The notes below the pieces were generated by a model. The model searched no databases and was not told the DNA's origin. It saw nothing but the letters and a program-made list of their open reading frames with translations. Shown piece by piece: positions 54,201 to 60,756 of a DNA stretch of 64,000 nucleotides. A program made the translations under genes and the position numbers. The DNA is taken from NCBI GenBank assembly GCA_021413905.1, contig JAIOPO010000001.1, positions 201,159 through 265,158 on the forward strand, read 5' to 3'. Origin of the DNA: Candidatus Nomurabacteria bacterium. GTDB lineage: Bacteria; Patescibacteriota; Minisyncoccia; Phycocordibacterales; UBA9973. Positions within the stretch are counted from its first letter, which is position 1. Every line of letters starts with the position of its first letter.

Positions 54201-55740
54201 GTTCAAACTGAGCACAAGAATTTATTTGATAAGGATTCCCGGAACTTCCATCACCATCTAAAAATTCAGCATTTGGATCATAATGAAAATTAAAATCTTC
54301 TGTTAGATTACTTCTGACGATAGTTACATATTGATCAGATAAATCATCTAAAAGTGTCCAAGTATTACCATCCATACTACCGTACAATTTCCAACTTATA
54401 GGATCTCTTCCTATTTCATCGTTTCCTGTTTTAAAACGATAACCATTAAATAAAATTGAATGACCAACACCAGTATCTATGACTACAGTAGAATTCCCCA
54501 ATTGAGGATCTCCTCCGTCATTATCAAAATTTTGATCCAACCATTTACTAGAAGAATCTACTCCGTCAATAATTTTCATTGCTCCTTCTGAATCATTTGG
54601 ATTATTACTACCACCTGGATTAGTAGCTGTAGTTCCTTCTGGCCAAACTGCGACTTCACCATTATACAAAGGAATAAATTCTTTCACTTGAACACAACAA
54701 ACAGCATCTCTTCTTTTTGTAATTTCCCATTTTACATAACGATAATTCGCATTAGTATTAGCTTTACTATATGTAAAATTTACGCTTGTTTCAGTTTGAT
54801 TAGTATTACCATCAATACCTTTTACATATAATGTATGTTCACCTGTTGATGGTTCTGGAATATCATTACCGCAAGAAATGCTAGAATATTCATCTGTATC
54901 AAATTTATAACTGCAAGTAACAGCTGTATCCCAAGAAATAGAAGGATTCCATACTGAAATAGTATCGGAAATCGGTGAATTTATCACAACACTCGGGGCT
55001 AAAGCAACCAATAAAGCCTGACTTTCCAAAGCTTGACTATTTGTACTCAAAGCACGATCATTCAAAATAGTATTAGCACTTGAATATCCAGAAGCAGAGA
55101 CAGTCACAAATGCATCATTATCATCCTCGCTCAAACCAATAGGACAAAGATAATCTCCTGGTGTTGATGATTCCACACAAACAGCCGGGCCAGCATTGAT
55201 ACTAGCACCAGATATTGGATTACTTGTATCAGAATCAGTTACTGTAATTTTATGAGAAAAAAGAAGGGCGTCCGAATTTGTAAAATTCGCAGTATGTGTT
55301 GAACTTGAAGTCCAAGTATCTAATGTGTCTGGATTATCAAAATTAACCAAAAAAAGATTATCCATTTCATGTGTGACATATCCATCGAGACTTACTCTCA
55401 CATCAACATAAGTCCCACTAATACAAGAAGCAGAAGCAGACAAGTAACTTGAAAAAGAAAAAGAGTTAATACTAATATTACCACTAGAAATAACACCGAT
55501 ATTCTGCCAAGTTCCACTATTACAACGAACATCCACTGAAGCATTATCTAAACTTGTGTTATCAAACTCTCTTTGTACAGTGACATACAAACCACCAACA
55601 GGAACAGCGTTGGCTATTTTTATACCGAGTATTGGAATAATAGGTGAAATAGGTGCGACAATAAAACTAAAAATAAACAAACTAAACAAAAAAGTTTTTG
55701 ATATCTTTTTTAATAACTTAAAAAAATGATGTGGTGACAT
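39211..55740 (-). CDS. Giant (5509 aa) secreted multidomain surface protein or adhesin
   Basis: Uninterrupted 16.5-kb ORF; N-terminal signal/TM; about 7 GLUG-repeat modules (G.GS...PYQI.SC); LamG-like and Fn3-like domains; two propeller-like repeat blocks; C-terminal peptidoglycan-binding-like domain (DVKLLQIFLN...FG.KT...FQ). Confidence 0.9.
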   Translation of the reverse strand: MSPHHFFKLLKKISKTFLFSLFIFSFIVAPISPIIPILGIKIANAVPVGGLYVTVQREFDNTSLDNASVDVRCNSGTWQNIGVISSGNISINSFSFSSYLSASASCISGTYVDVRVSLDGYVTHEMDNLFLVNFDNPDTLDTWTSSSTHTANFTNSDALLFSHKITVTDSDTSNPISGASINAGPAVCVESSTPGDYLCPIGLSEDDNDAFVTVSASGYSSANTILNDRALSTNSQALESQALLVALAPSVVINSPISDTISVWNPSISWDTAVTCSYKFDTDEYSSISCGNDIPEPSTGEHTLYVKGIDGNTNQTETSVNFTYSKANTNANYRYVKWEITKRRDAVCCVQVKEFIPLYNGEVAVWPEGTTATNPGGSNNPNDSEGAMKIIDGVDSSSKWLDQNFDNDGGDPQLGNSTVVIDTGVGHSILFNGYRFKTGNDEIGRDPISWKLYGSMDGNTWTLLDDLSDQYVTIVRSNLTEDFNFHYDPNAEFLDGDGSSGNPYQINSCAQFEHINSHLSSYFILMRDLECAGEHNNIIIDPGSMYGGFQGNFDGNGHNIDVSINYEGDNAGLFSFLHNATVSKLSISGSVQNIGSGLGGLTGFSNNSIIDQVINKANITGDSHVGGIVGSLGNNSQITNSYNIGNIISNFGNVGGIAGTVSLSSVVNSYSRGTVFSEQTNTGGLVGVIQSGAVIQNSFSVASVNSGSYHGAIFGINQTSDSVGSMLSNVFWDTLRSTQSACGNTNSGDPYLGDLATCENKNSIGSEMDYFKNTSSVFPFLGHWDFSSEPIWDSASNEYPTLHNVLNDEGPVNDRPVIHISSCSDFENINNLLDESFVLDGNLSCAGEGNSMMINSGVFSGSLDGNGYTITINLDGEGDPNIGLFSELSDTANIQDLHLAGNVQSINGSTIGALAAIANGATITDVYSSVDVSAGSGNNIGGLVGVAYGTTISGGEFNGTINGNSNIGGVAGYASNVTISDVTFSGIVNGSYCTGGVVGYLSTDIESNILNSNVSGDVNADGSQVGGLIGYSDVYDAGNLDVHGNTITGDVTLSSSSYYLGGLIGFVEGYSTGNGNINIEIFSNTIENGLIDGSNGAFSVGGLLGEIDVYDDSGSGVIVTTIHDNESNDDILGGSQYTGGLIGYSYVNNNSNNDTTNFYILNNNVTGDISGDSYIGGIAGEIDAEIFGNNNLDFQFNNNSYTAGSVTGTSNSVGGLVGYYYLFDNSSYDLTNQFKYNYSNGVISGNSNTGGLIGFLDTTGSHVDIDFRENFFGGENSSVNSTGLAQNMFDGFFAGGLVGFSNTNDTPFTIIDSYVNTNISGWAIVGGLVGYNYPEISVVNSYSKVNLNGTGFSSSGTAGGLIGYEGEGFGPGTGIINIQNSFASVQFSNFGAGYIGNIVGDYVGTLNTINTFYNDSTPEVYCSNQGPNDDCNGVNVNDNPYYFVGNNANFPLNFFDVDVWSFVAGSFPTLINVSGDDIALFDGGSGTVEDPYQISSCIQLQNINQNQSANYILTDNIDCNSDTHEGGPLYNIGYGFTPIDQFSGIFDGDGYTINDLYINNSSSNNIGLFSYVQQGAIIKNVGLENVDITGADFTGGLAGENYLGKIYNVYVNGNVHGVDVVGGVVGSNNDYSNFIVNSYSGANVTGSSNVGGFVGQNVGQIMNSYATGNVSEIGGDNFTGGFVGYNEYDGVIKNSYATGNVSSEGFFTGGFVGYYASLDILNSFSSGNVDQGLNTDYVGGFAGSGDDYLTGLDYYDQVASGHNYCVGIFGDWAPSCVSVNDIQTYYSNNSVNSPLDKWDFSSAWSTNISGYPTLRQGNLFSGTGSGTDIDPYVVTSCSQFKEINNFALLDSSFLLDADLDCADDGTQIMVGNIIPFTGHFDGNGYSINIDIDNTDGTYHDVGLFVSLNQNALIENLTVTGDILSPYNVGGIVSEINNSAIQDSSSYVNITSTANDGWNPLIGGIAGYTVSSSLSNDNYHGNISVADSVWSVGGLVGYEDEDTTISDGSYSEGDISILSGANVGYAVGGLVGWATYAIIEDSYSNTNISSLSYSNNTGGLVGQSENSSIYRTYATGDIYSIGAYVGGLMGDVIDSEVYDSYSTGTVSCNDVCGGLIGVVANSNVFNSYSSSTIVGISSSFNSHISSFIGQALNASHIEGNFSVGSVTFWNGNEITNTPGVNDTYIGGIVGQENSNLGLNEIINNSYDQINTGVNQCIGDNTPGGQNGSSNSDCNPVNTIETPNENYFKNDNSNAPLNSFNNTNWVFTENYYPTLANLSSDDPNVYYTQGDGSPENPYQINSCTGLQNVNNDLNASYILTQNIDCSDTINWNSGQGFEPLGNDDYLFNGNFNGAGYKIINLFININSSLGVGLFGETNSSAVIENLGVENENITNASSYTGGLVGYNEGTIRNVYTTGRVTSEGTYTGGLVGVNDGLTTIDKSFSNVTVVGAVASGGLIGENHGTISDSYATGSVSGGQYVGGLTGINFYIISSSYATGSVFGNGSTHGGGLTGYLNGEITDSFAVGRVSNFSSLSGGLIGEYVNGALINNFYDQIRTEQSGCSQGSDISGCSAVNTIGNPDTNYFKNNNTNEPLASWDFNDTNIWDTSTSYPLLHGNTISGISFVNPTPENNSSQSSSVAEINMDSSSIGANHYAFTDIDNSLVAFWRFENNANDDTSSSNGIWHGTETYSTGKFGKAANFNGNSYISTTLPSTITGDFTFSSWVYLNNRYAGQSIFSDENGHLIQIGGGGQWQFDEYATFAPADIGAWTHLVAVENNGTETLYVNGEIAASGGASRNIGQTINIGRRTDGVYINGKMDDTLLFSRALNSNEIASLYNAHINQYDYTNEDFSNGSHSFTGYAVNTSGVKSSTEERSFTKASDFDGGDGSEGDPYQISSCPQLQLMNNDLSAHYILVDNIDCSDTLSWNANASEWVDGIVDGELIPDSYSEVTHTDIIVENNGYYGFEPVGNDSTPFLGTFDGDGYTINNLWIFRKDSDNNGVFGKTQNANIHDVNIENSNIVGAQNTGGLVGYMYGGTITDVNLTNNMIRTYLDYHGGGLVGMMEEGASINHIINNNGVVHGSGDIIGGLVGELDSASISNSSSSADVDGGASIGGVVGSANNGEITNTYASGGTVTSNRSEYLLMKTGYAAGGFVGYLYGSNISDSYSTENVNSTGDAAGGFAGVVNYSNLMNDYATGNVTGNQETNEYNTYNPNYVGGFVGAMYSGSNITMSYATGDVTTTGSYVGGFVGNLDGYSVVDNSFSLGSVNGDDYVGGFTGSISNLSLINKVYSKGLVTGNNTENTGGLVGYNSETGNIYNSFWDNENSNQSTSAGGTGEDTSTMKTESTFTDAGWNFDTLWDIDGFTNDGYPFISESASIFNGSGNESDPYQISSCSEFTSMNNSTNSSYILMNDLDCTSLGNGVVIGINREFSGNFDGNGHTITVDINAPSESNAGLFSVVGNGSKIQHLTVNGSVVGQNVVGMVVGANYGQILDVHSSGNVSGDSNVGGLVGFLYSYYVDASDSSANVSAISSNAGGLVGVNSGDISNSHATGDVSVSNTNSSHAGGLVGVNSGDISNSYATGDVTMGANSGYAGGLVGEIDSGDISNSYATGNVNIVDGSNIGGFAGHVQDASIEQSYSTGDVDGNGDGSNQLSYNVGGFVGSTYNATISNVYSKGNVSGNTNVGGLIGQLESNVNLNNAYSIGLVIGVEDYGGLIGLQTNINNTVTNSFWDLNTSNQINGNDGTSKTDAEMKNVDTFTNIESSGISNVWDFINNPVDDENNNDIWDISSMKNQGYPFFVWQSNIPIVETLVPSNTSDNSVNLNAQIVEAGNLEISERGFEWGLTDSYGESWSESSGPYSESIFSKTIYSLSANQTYHYRAFIVNNDGTTFGEDRTFIATNAKWQDVGDQDNFNNYEYNQSLKLNSQNVAYVAYVDSSNGYGVSVKKNNGSDWELVGEPNFSGTQVDYLSMQMYQDIPYVFYVEVNNEYKITVKRFVNDTWENVGDPRFNTGYAYELSSAISANGTPFVAFEDSNYGYKGTVMSFDGNNWNIIGNAGFTDGQIYRNQIATDSNNIPYIIYSDSSHSYSATVKKLVNGDWSTLGNPYFTSNYAWHVSMVLDSNNIPYVTYSDCNQNCSISVMTLDNDTWVNVGDPEFSGTGGVSYNKILVDSNNVIYVGFEDCSNACAATVMKWNGESWIYVGNAGFSTGSIEHFSLALDSNNIPYVAYHDNSLQNKTIVKFLPVISYEYYESDETHGAVSPSNPGTLVSYNGYLKTLTEDQRYLVTDISQSDSGYDSQIFKIHQNLNEINTPTFTINWKGHGAVPDEKNVIVSIWNFNTSEWEQISTEHCAEDCDISGSKTGSDYYDNNDNVWIWVKAENSVSTDLELSLTNTQTLPISWITNNESTTELAYDTISHLNDGWDSYASHTTDDNLVTSHETSPSLIDTTEKSWREVASSYDGQRLFGVVNGGDIWASNNSGLTWNNISASLGVKNWRSVSSNSNGTIIFATVDSGNIYRGVTNNGGATWVWTNLSSVSTDYPGTQDWLKVVSSADGYSISAIIDDYSYIYTAQSNDSGLTWIWTENTSTGLQNWRSIAMDYTGDKIFAVSSYDVENNANGSVWSGVNDGGWTWTDLSQISTGYPNNMSWGDSYISTNENGSKFVVAKEGGYIYTVKSGETWDWTENQDLGTPYWYSVNMSPDGSKIILGENCGQIGVGIYNSQSGIWSWSRKGPNQCFGIGAASNYNGSKLIMSVGSGALWTSNDGGENWLNVTGNAYYYRVRSCDAEGVCKTSPEQTILYGISSSCPFIFTWNGEEYKFIIDASSSGTMGQGLDREQWKSTPFYKAPTYPNPESFVKIPSGYMAPTTNNNGTYYDIKTTFELNEVNYYDQANLEVIDHSSNVNIFPDARQNKQIHTIAKNAQAPIWIKDQNGKDVKSLIAYDDNNYYHTRKEDTSSYLTMKLSNDTVTPANLKIVVKKGKEGLFQGNKQSDALQYKNSSGVFVNVPENMNPSIGKRSGQSVTNRILSNSYGVDTKVIDLSGLTIKDNEIRFVMTNRQIQTDIDWIAVDTSPDEEISKSVLSPYYANLHFRGISNMIPLNANDAHMGDLEIPDYADLISKKGKGNTLTGMATKYGDVKDLLANVDNKFVITTQGDEISLRYEVPVQANGTERDFIYDTWDYHKSFHNALGDTIFPLPFNEMTNYPYHENLEHYPTDTEHNAYQAEYNTREINWGTDESVATPGIHHSLNTDFVNVSVSDSNDSVENPIVTTSSASSVSRSQGTLNGTIVSTGGELASVRGFYWGSTTNYGNTILQNIGSYDEGSFSTVISNLSCGTTYHFKAYAINSSGTGVSDTDRVFSTSACLVASGGGGGGGGYGGYSSTQDTTQKDVKNLEEKINNISSDFKIIKTGLPDGFQFKKNLKQSNTNNDVKLLQIFLNNNGFTIALNGVGSKGKENNFFGKKTKQQLIKFQEAHAKEILIPQGLKKGTGVLGPYTRKILNAWLMANN
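44911..45137 (-). repeat. 90-bp internal tandem unit (3 copies) in the giant gene
   Basis: 47-bp identical stretch agaatttgaaatatcaccggaattaacaccgaccaaacctccggcat at 45001 and 45091; diverged copy at 44911. Confidence 0.85.
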
Positions 55741-55751
55741 ATAAGATAAAA

Positions 55752-56270
55752 TTATTTTTTAGTTTTTATCTTTTTAAGAGAACCATTTTTTTTACTATTA
55801 AAAAAATTGTTTGCATTTTTCATTTCAATAATATTTTTAACTTTTGATACAATATATGCATTATTGTTTTCTTTGGAAAATACAGTGACATTGTCTCCTA
55901 CCTTAAAATCTGAAATTGAAGGATTTTGGATACCCTTAACTAAAAACTCTGTTTTGTCATTTAATGAGAAAGTACTAACTAGTAGATCTTTATTCTTTAT
56001 ATTTTTTTTATTATTTGTATTTTTCTTATTTTCTTTTTTATTTTTATTAATTTTTGAAATATGAGATTCCGTGACAGTGATAGTACCATTGTCTATACTG
56101 GAAATAACTCCTCTGAAAATATTACTTTTAGGTATTGTAGTTGAAATATTTTTTATTTTGGATAAATTTTTAGAAACTGGAGCATTATCAACTGCAAAAA
56201 CATTACCAACAAAGAGACTAAAGAAAAAAACTGACAACAGACTTACGATATAAATATATTTTTTGTACAT
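55752..56270 (-). CDS. Secreted hypothetical protein, DUF5666/OB-fold-like
   Basis: Signal peptide from MYKKY; GVISSIDNGTITV...T.F......SISDFKVGDNV.V. Confidence 0.65.
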   Translation of the reverse strand: MYKKYIYIVSLLSVFFFSLFVGNVFAVDNAPVSKNLSKIKNISTTIPKSNIFRGVISSIDNGTITVTESHISKINKNKKENKKNTNNKKNIKNKDLLVSTFSLNDKTEFLVKGIQNPSISDFKVGDNVTVFSKENNNAYIVSKVKNIIEMKNANNFFNSKKNGSLKKIKTKK

Positions 56271-56361
56271 TTTTTGAAAAATTAAAATAATAAAAGAATA
56301 ATGTAGATTAATTATATCAAAACAAAATATTAAACACAAACAAAAAGAGTTTTTTTGACAA

Positions 56362-56928
56362 TTACCCTAAAACTTCATTTATTATTTCTTTCAGTCCCTT
56401 TTTTTCTTTTGAGGAGAAAGGCAAGAGTTTGTGTTCGCCGACTGTTTTTTTAATTTCTTTGATGCTGTTGTGATATTGTGATTGATTCAATTTGTCTATT
56501 TTAGACAACGCAATTACGAAGTCTTTATGCTGATTCACCAGCTCTTGATACATTGCGATGTCTTTATCCGTCATCCCCACAGAAGCATCCACGATAAACA
56601 CCACTTTCTTTTGGTCAAAATTTGTATTAAATAAATATGAATCTATCAAATCATAAATCTTTTCTTTGCCTCGTCCGGAAGCTTGCGCGTATCCATAGCC
56701 CGGCAAATCCACGAAATATAGATTGCTATTTACAAGGAAAATATTTATCTCTTGCGTGCTCCCTGGCAAAGAACTGGTGCGAGATACCGTGCTATGCGTC
56801 AAAGCATTTATGAGGCTGGACTTGCCCACATTGGAGCGCCCAATAAAAGCCACTTGTGGCACGCCGTCCGTCAATATTGCGTCATCCTCCACAATCCCCT
56901 TTAAAAATTTTACAGAATTTATCTTCAT
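56362..56928 (-). CDS. engB: Ribosome biogenesis GTPase EngB/YihA/YsxC
   Basis: GRSNVGKSSLIN, DLPGYGY, SKIDK. Confidence 0.95.
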   Translation of the reverse strand: MKINSVKFLKGIVEDDAILTDGVPQVAFIGRSNVGKSSLINALTHSTVSRTSSLPGSTQEINIFLVNSNLYFVDLPGYGYAQASGRGKEKIYDLIDSYLFNTNFDQKKVVFIVDASVGMTDKDIAMYQELVNQHKDFVIALSKIDKLNQSQYHNSIKEIKKTVGEHKLLPFSSKEKKGLKEIINEVLG

Positions 56929-56964
56929 AATTTTATATTAGCAAATTAAAATTTTTTAAGCGAC

Positions 56965-57513
56965 TTAATACAATTGTATAGCTTTTCTTTTTTGCTTGTG
57001 GTCAGAGATTTGTTGTGCTACGAGTGCCCAAAACCTTGCTGAATGATTCATCTCTTTTAAATGGCACAGCTCGTGCACGATGATATAGTCTGCGAGTTCC
57101 GCGGGCAAGAAAACTATTTTATAATTAAAATTCAAATTGCCTTTCCCTGAACAGCTTCCCCATCGGGATTTTTGATTTCGTATGTAAACTTTCTTAAAAT
57201 TAAATTTGTAAAAATTATTAAAATGCTCCAGTCGCCCGCTCGCAAGCTCGCGGGCTCTCTCCTTATTCTCACTAAAATCCTTTATCGAACAATGCGCCAA
57301 GATTTTCTGCGGTTTAGCTTTCTGCTCCGCTATTTTACTCTGCACCCAATCCCATTTCTCCCGCATTATTTTCTCCACACTACCCAAACTCACCCGCGCA
57401 CCTTTCGAGACATATACCGCCCCATCCGCCCCCACACTTATCAAAACCTTCCTCCCCCGCACCGTATTTCGCACCCGATAATTAAGTCCGTTTAGATGTT
57501 TGATGGTTGGCAT
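56965..57513 (-). CDS. M48/YgjP (DUF45) zinc metallohydrolase
   Basis: QKSRWGSCS, DYIIVHELCHL.EMNHS.RFW. Confidence 0.9.
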   Translation of the reverse strand: MPTIKHLNGLNYRVRNTVRGRKVLISVGADGAVYVSKGARVSLGSVEKIMREKWDWVQSKIAEQKAKPQKILAHCSIKDFSENKERARELASGRLEHFNNFYKFNFKKVYIRNQKSRWGSCSGKGNLNFNYKIVFLPAELADYIIVHELCHLKEMNHSARFWALVAQQISDHKQKRKAIQLY

Positions 57514-57521
57514 GACTTTAT

Positions 57522-58706
57522 CTACACCAATTCCCCATTAAAAGCTTCACGGAGATATGATTTTTCTAATTTTTTAAAATCTTCAAGTTGTGATTTTTGT
57601 AATTCTACCATTTGACGAATTTTTTCTGAAAGTGTATCCAATCGTTCAACAATTTTCTTCTGTTCTGAGAATGGTGGAATTATGAGTTTTATGTCATCTA
57701 GCATGTATTTAGTTATTTGATTTATCATTGGACCCCCACCAGCACTAAACTGATCAAAAAATAACTTAGACTTAAAGAAATAATAAAGGTAAGCATTATT
57801 TTCACTTCTAATAATTGTCATGAACGTACCGAATGTCATTTTCTCAGTAAGATTTTTAATCATTGCAGTTTTCCCAATTAGTCTTTTACTTCCATTTCTA
57901 CTACACATTAAAATATCTCCGTCTTTCACAAAGAGTTCTTCTTTTATTTTCTTTTCAACTCTAACCAAACTAGATAAATCAATTAAGTCCTTTTGCACAT
58001 TGGAGGATCTTAAAACTATAGTTCCTTTTGAACCAACATCACTAGGAGAGTAAGTTAAACCTATAGAATATTTTGCAATATCTTTTAAAAATACTTCCTC
58101 CCAGCCTTTTTCTTTACCCTCTTCAAAAATTTCACGGAGGGTTTGGGAGAGGATTTTTTCTGTTTCAGCGATTGATTGTTCGCGCAAACTTTTCACCTCC
58201 CGAATCTTTGCAAATTTCTCATCCAAAATCTCCACAATTTTCTTTTGAATTTCAAGTGGTGGAAGTGGGATTTCAATTTCTTTTAATCGTGAACCTGAAA
58301 CCTCTAAAAATGTTGAGCCACTACCTAAAGAATTTAATAACTCTGTATTTGAAAATAAAAAATAATATAAATATTTATTAAATATCTCTGAACCACAAAT
58401 AAAACTACGGCAACCCTGATTTGTTGCCATTGGTACTGTATTTATAACGACATAACCAATCGGTGCGCGAGATGATAATATAACGGACCCAATAGGTAAT
58501 TTTTGAGCTGAAGAATTTTTGAGTCCTGATTCAGAAATTTTTCGTTCAGTTTCAGAAATCTGAAAACTATCAAGTCGTCCAAGATCTTTTGGTGTTACCC
58601 AACACAAATCACCACCCCAATATTTTGAAATACCAGTTTTTGGAGTACCTCCGCCAACGATTTCACAAATCTCACTTAGTTTTTTTATTTGCCAGTTAGT
58701 TTTCAT
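57522..58706 (-). CDS. hsdS: Type I RM specificity subunit
   Basis: Two TRDs, each followed by a conserved P(L)PP..Q.KIV..LD helix; GGTP, SSRAPIG, TNQG. Confidence 0.95.
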   Translation of the reverse strand: MKTNWQIKKLSEICEIVGGGTPKTGISKYWGGDLCWVTPKDLGRLDSFQISETERKISESGLKNSSAQKLPIGSVILSSRAPIGYVVINTVPMATNQGCRSFICGSEIFNKYLYYFLFSNTELLNSLGSGSTFLEVSGSRLKEIEIPLPPLEIQKKIVEILDEKFAKIREVKSLREQSIAETEKILSQTLREIFEEGKEKGWEEVFLKDIAKYSIGLTYSPSDVGSKGTIVLRSSNVQKDLIDLSSLVRVEKKIKEELFVKDGDILMCSRNGSKRLIGKTAMIKNLTEKMTFGTFMTIIRSENNAYLYYFFKSKLFFDQFSAGGGPMINQITKYMLDDIKLIIPPFSEQKKIVERLDTLSEKIRQMVELQKSQLEDFKKLEKSYLREAFNGELV

Positions 58707-59677
58707 ATTTTTGTGTAATGTTTATCCATTTCCTTATATACTTCTGAAGAGAAAAAGGCTCTTTTAATACCACTCTTTTTTACAGGATCTAAATAACTGA
58801 ATTTACAAAATACATCTTTGCTTTTTATTTCCTCAATAATTTTATTAAATACACTATTTTGCTTAAAATCACTATATCTATTTTTTAAAGAAGAAACTAA
58901 ATCTTTTTTATTAATTGTATATTTAGTTTTAAATAGACTTTCTTCACTAATAAAAACTGATGCTCCTTTTTTTCCAACCCTGACTGTATTTATTCCAGAT
59001 GACCCTTTTTCAAACTTTGTAACTAAATTTAATGAAAAATTATGTGGGGAGTTTTCAGTATAAGGATTTTTTCTCTCTTTTAATTTAAAATATTTTAGTA
59101 GATTTTTCTCTTGAACTGTTTGTTTGTTCACAGAAAAACTTTCAATTTCGTATGGATGAAAAAAAGAGATTGGCATTAGATAAAAATTATATTTGCTCAT
59201 ATCGTAACTAAACCAATCAGAAGTAAATTCTAGGTAACTTTTTAAAGAAGCTGTGCATATTTCTTGTATTTTTTTTGATAAATATTTATCACTATTATAG
59301 AAATGTATACTATTATCTCTAATTTCAATTATTGCTTCTAAATTATCTTTTACTACTTTTGGTAACTTTAAAAGTTCTATTAGTTTAAATATCTCCAAAG
59401 TATACGGGTTACCGCTCCTATTTTCCTTTGGATAAAACCTTTTAACTGGATCACCTTTCTTCGTCTTTGTTTTGGACTGAACTTGAATACTTGAAACTTT
59501 ATTTTTGTTGTCTTTTAAAACTTTTGCTTTAAGTAATAGTTCCCAAGCATTAACTAGTAATATAGAAAATATTTCTTCTCTATACGCAAAATCTGGCTTA
59601 TTATAAATCTCTATTGCTGAAATAATAGAAGCAACTGATTTGTCAAGTAATTTACTTTGTAAATTTTGTTTTGCCAT
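58703..59677 (-). CDS. DUF3644-like protein with HEPN-type Rx4H motif
   Basis: AIEIYNKP...YREE.F.IL..NAWELLLKA; IRDNSIH; stop overlaps the hsdS start (ATGA). Confidence 0.8.
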   Translation of the reverse strand: MAKQNLQSKLLDKSVASIISAIEIYNKPDFAYREEIFSILLVNAWELLLKAKVLKDNKNKVSSIQVQSKTKTKKGDPVKRFYPKENRSGNPYTLEIFKLIELLKLPKVVKDNLEAIIEIRDNSIHFYNSDKYLSKKIQEICTASLKSYLEFTSDWFSYDMSKYNFYLMPISFFHPYEIESFSVNKQTVQEKNLLKYFKLKERKNPYTENSPHNFSLNLVTKFEKGSSGINTVRVGKKGASVFISEESLFKTKYTINKKDLVSSLKNRYSDFKQNSVFNKIIEEIKSKDVFCKFSYLDPVKKSGIKRAFFSSEVYKEMDKHYTKI

Positions 59678-59679
59678 GA

Positions 59680-60753
59680 TTATCTTTTAGATTCTAAAAT
59701 TGTTTTTAATTCTAAAATTATCTCATTTATATTATCAGATTTTTTTGCAATTCGATCTGCAAAAGTAAGACTATATTGAGAAATATCCTCACGAGTAATA
59801 TTATGCCAAATTGGTAAAATAACATTCTTACCATTTTTCTCTTTAGAAAAAAGTCCATTTAATTCGTATTCAGTCCATTTTTTCTTTGAAAGAAATGCTT
59901 TCGAAAAAATAACGATTCCGTAGCGGGAATTCTTAAGACCATTATCAATGGTAGGTCTTAAATCATCTCCCCAACCAACAACAAAAGAATCGTACCAAAC
60001 AGAAAAACCTGCATCTTTTAAAGATTGAGCTAAAATATTTACAAAATCTTTATCTTCACTTGCGTGACAAATAAAGACATCAAACTCAGTTAACTTTTTT
60101 TCAGTAAGATTAGAAGACTTTTCAATTACTTGAGAGTTGTTTTTAAATTCTTCTTTTTTAGGAATTCCTAACTGTTTAAAAAAATCTTCATCTTTTGATA
60201 TTTCAATATTTGTTTTTTGTTCTGCCTCCGAGATAGCTTTATCTATATTACTATTATATTGTTCAATTTGCCGATTTAAATACTCAGATTGACTTAATAA
60301 AAATTTGATAACTTTTTCTTTCTCTTGAGTAATAGGGCCCGTTTCATCGGAAAATTTTATCACCTCAAAAACAATATCATTATCAATGATATCAATCTCT
60401 TCAGTTTGAAGAATTCTTGGAGAGGGCGCGCACTTCAAAAGACTCTTATCACCTGAGAATGGTAAATGAAATCTTATAACATCTTTTTTGTAATGTTCTC
60501 CTCGCTCAACCCAGTATGATTGAGGAAAATATTCAGCTGGAATTTCAGCGGATTCAATTGTAAGAGTTATTTGTTCTGGATAGAAAGTTAAGGGTAAGAT
60601 TTTATATTTATCTGAAAGTTTAGAAATATCAGCGCTATTTCCACTTTTTATGATTAAACCAACTTCATCTTGTATTTTTTTTATCTGAGCAGCTAATGTC
60701 GATGAAAAATCATATTCATTAAATGCTCTAAATCCTTGAGTAGTAATTAACAT
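59680..60753 (-). CDS. TIR-domain protein with uncharacterised N-terminal domain
   Basis: FDVFICHASEDK, VWYD, GIVIFSKAF...WTEYEL (catalytic Glu position), ILPIWH. Confidence 0.9.
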   Translation of the reverse strand: MLITTQGFRAFNEYDFSSTLAAQIKKIQDEVGLIIKSGNSADISKLSDKYKILPLTFYPEQITLTIESAEIPAEYFPQSYWVERGEHYKKDVIRFHLPFSGDKSLLKCAPSPRILQTEEIDIIDNDIVFEVIKFSDETGPITQEKEKVIKFLLSQSEYLNRQIEQYNSNIDKAISEAEQKTNIEISKDEDFFKQLGIPKKEEFKNNSQVIEKSSNLTEKKLTEFDVFICHASEDKDFVNILAQSLKDAGFSVWYDSFVVGWGDDLRPTIDNGLKNSRYGIVIFSKAFLSKKKWTEYELNGLFSKEKNGKNVILPIWHNITREDISQYSLTFADRIAKKSDNINEIILELKTILESKR

Positions 60754-60756
60754 AAT

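Noticed and set aside
57234..57255. GC hairpin gcccgc...gcgggc in the M48 gene
   Set aside because: Encodes an ordinary helix (RARELASGR) with no sign of extra residues.
57522..58706. hsdS phase-variation or shufflon
   Set aside because: Only one hsdS; no inverted repeats, silent TRDs or invertase seen.
59680..59735. TIR C-terminus (INEIILELKTILESKR) resembling the HsdM tail (IKRIISNLKYKILMLK) as a third repeat
   Set aside because: Similarity is weak and AT-rich, and fits a generic amphipathic final helix.
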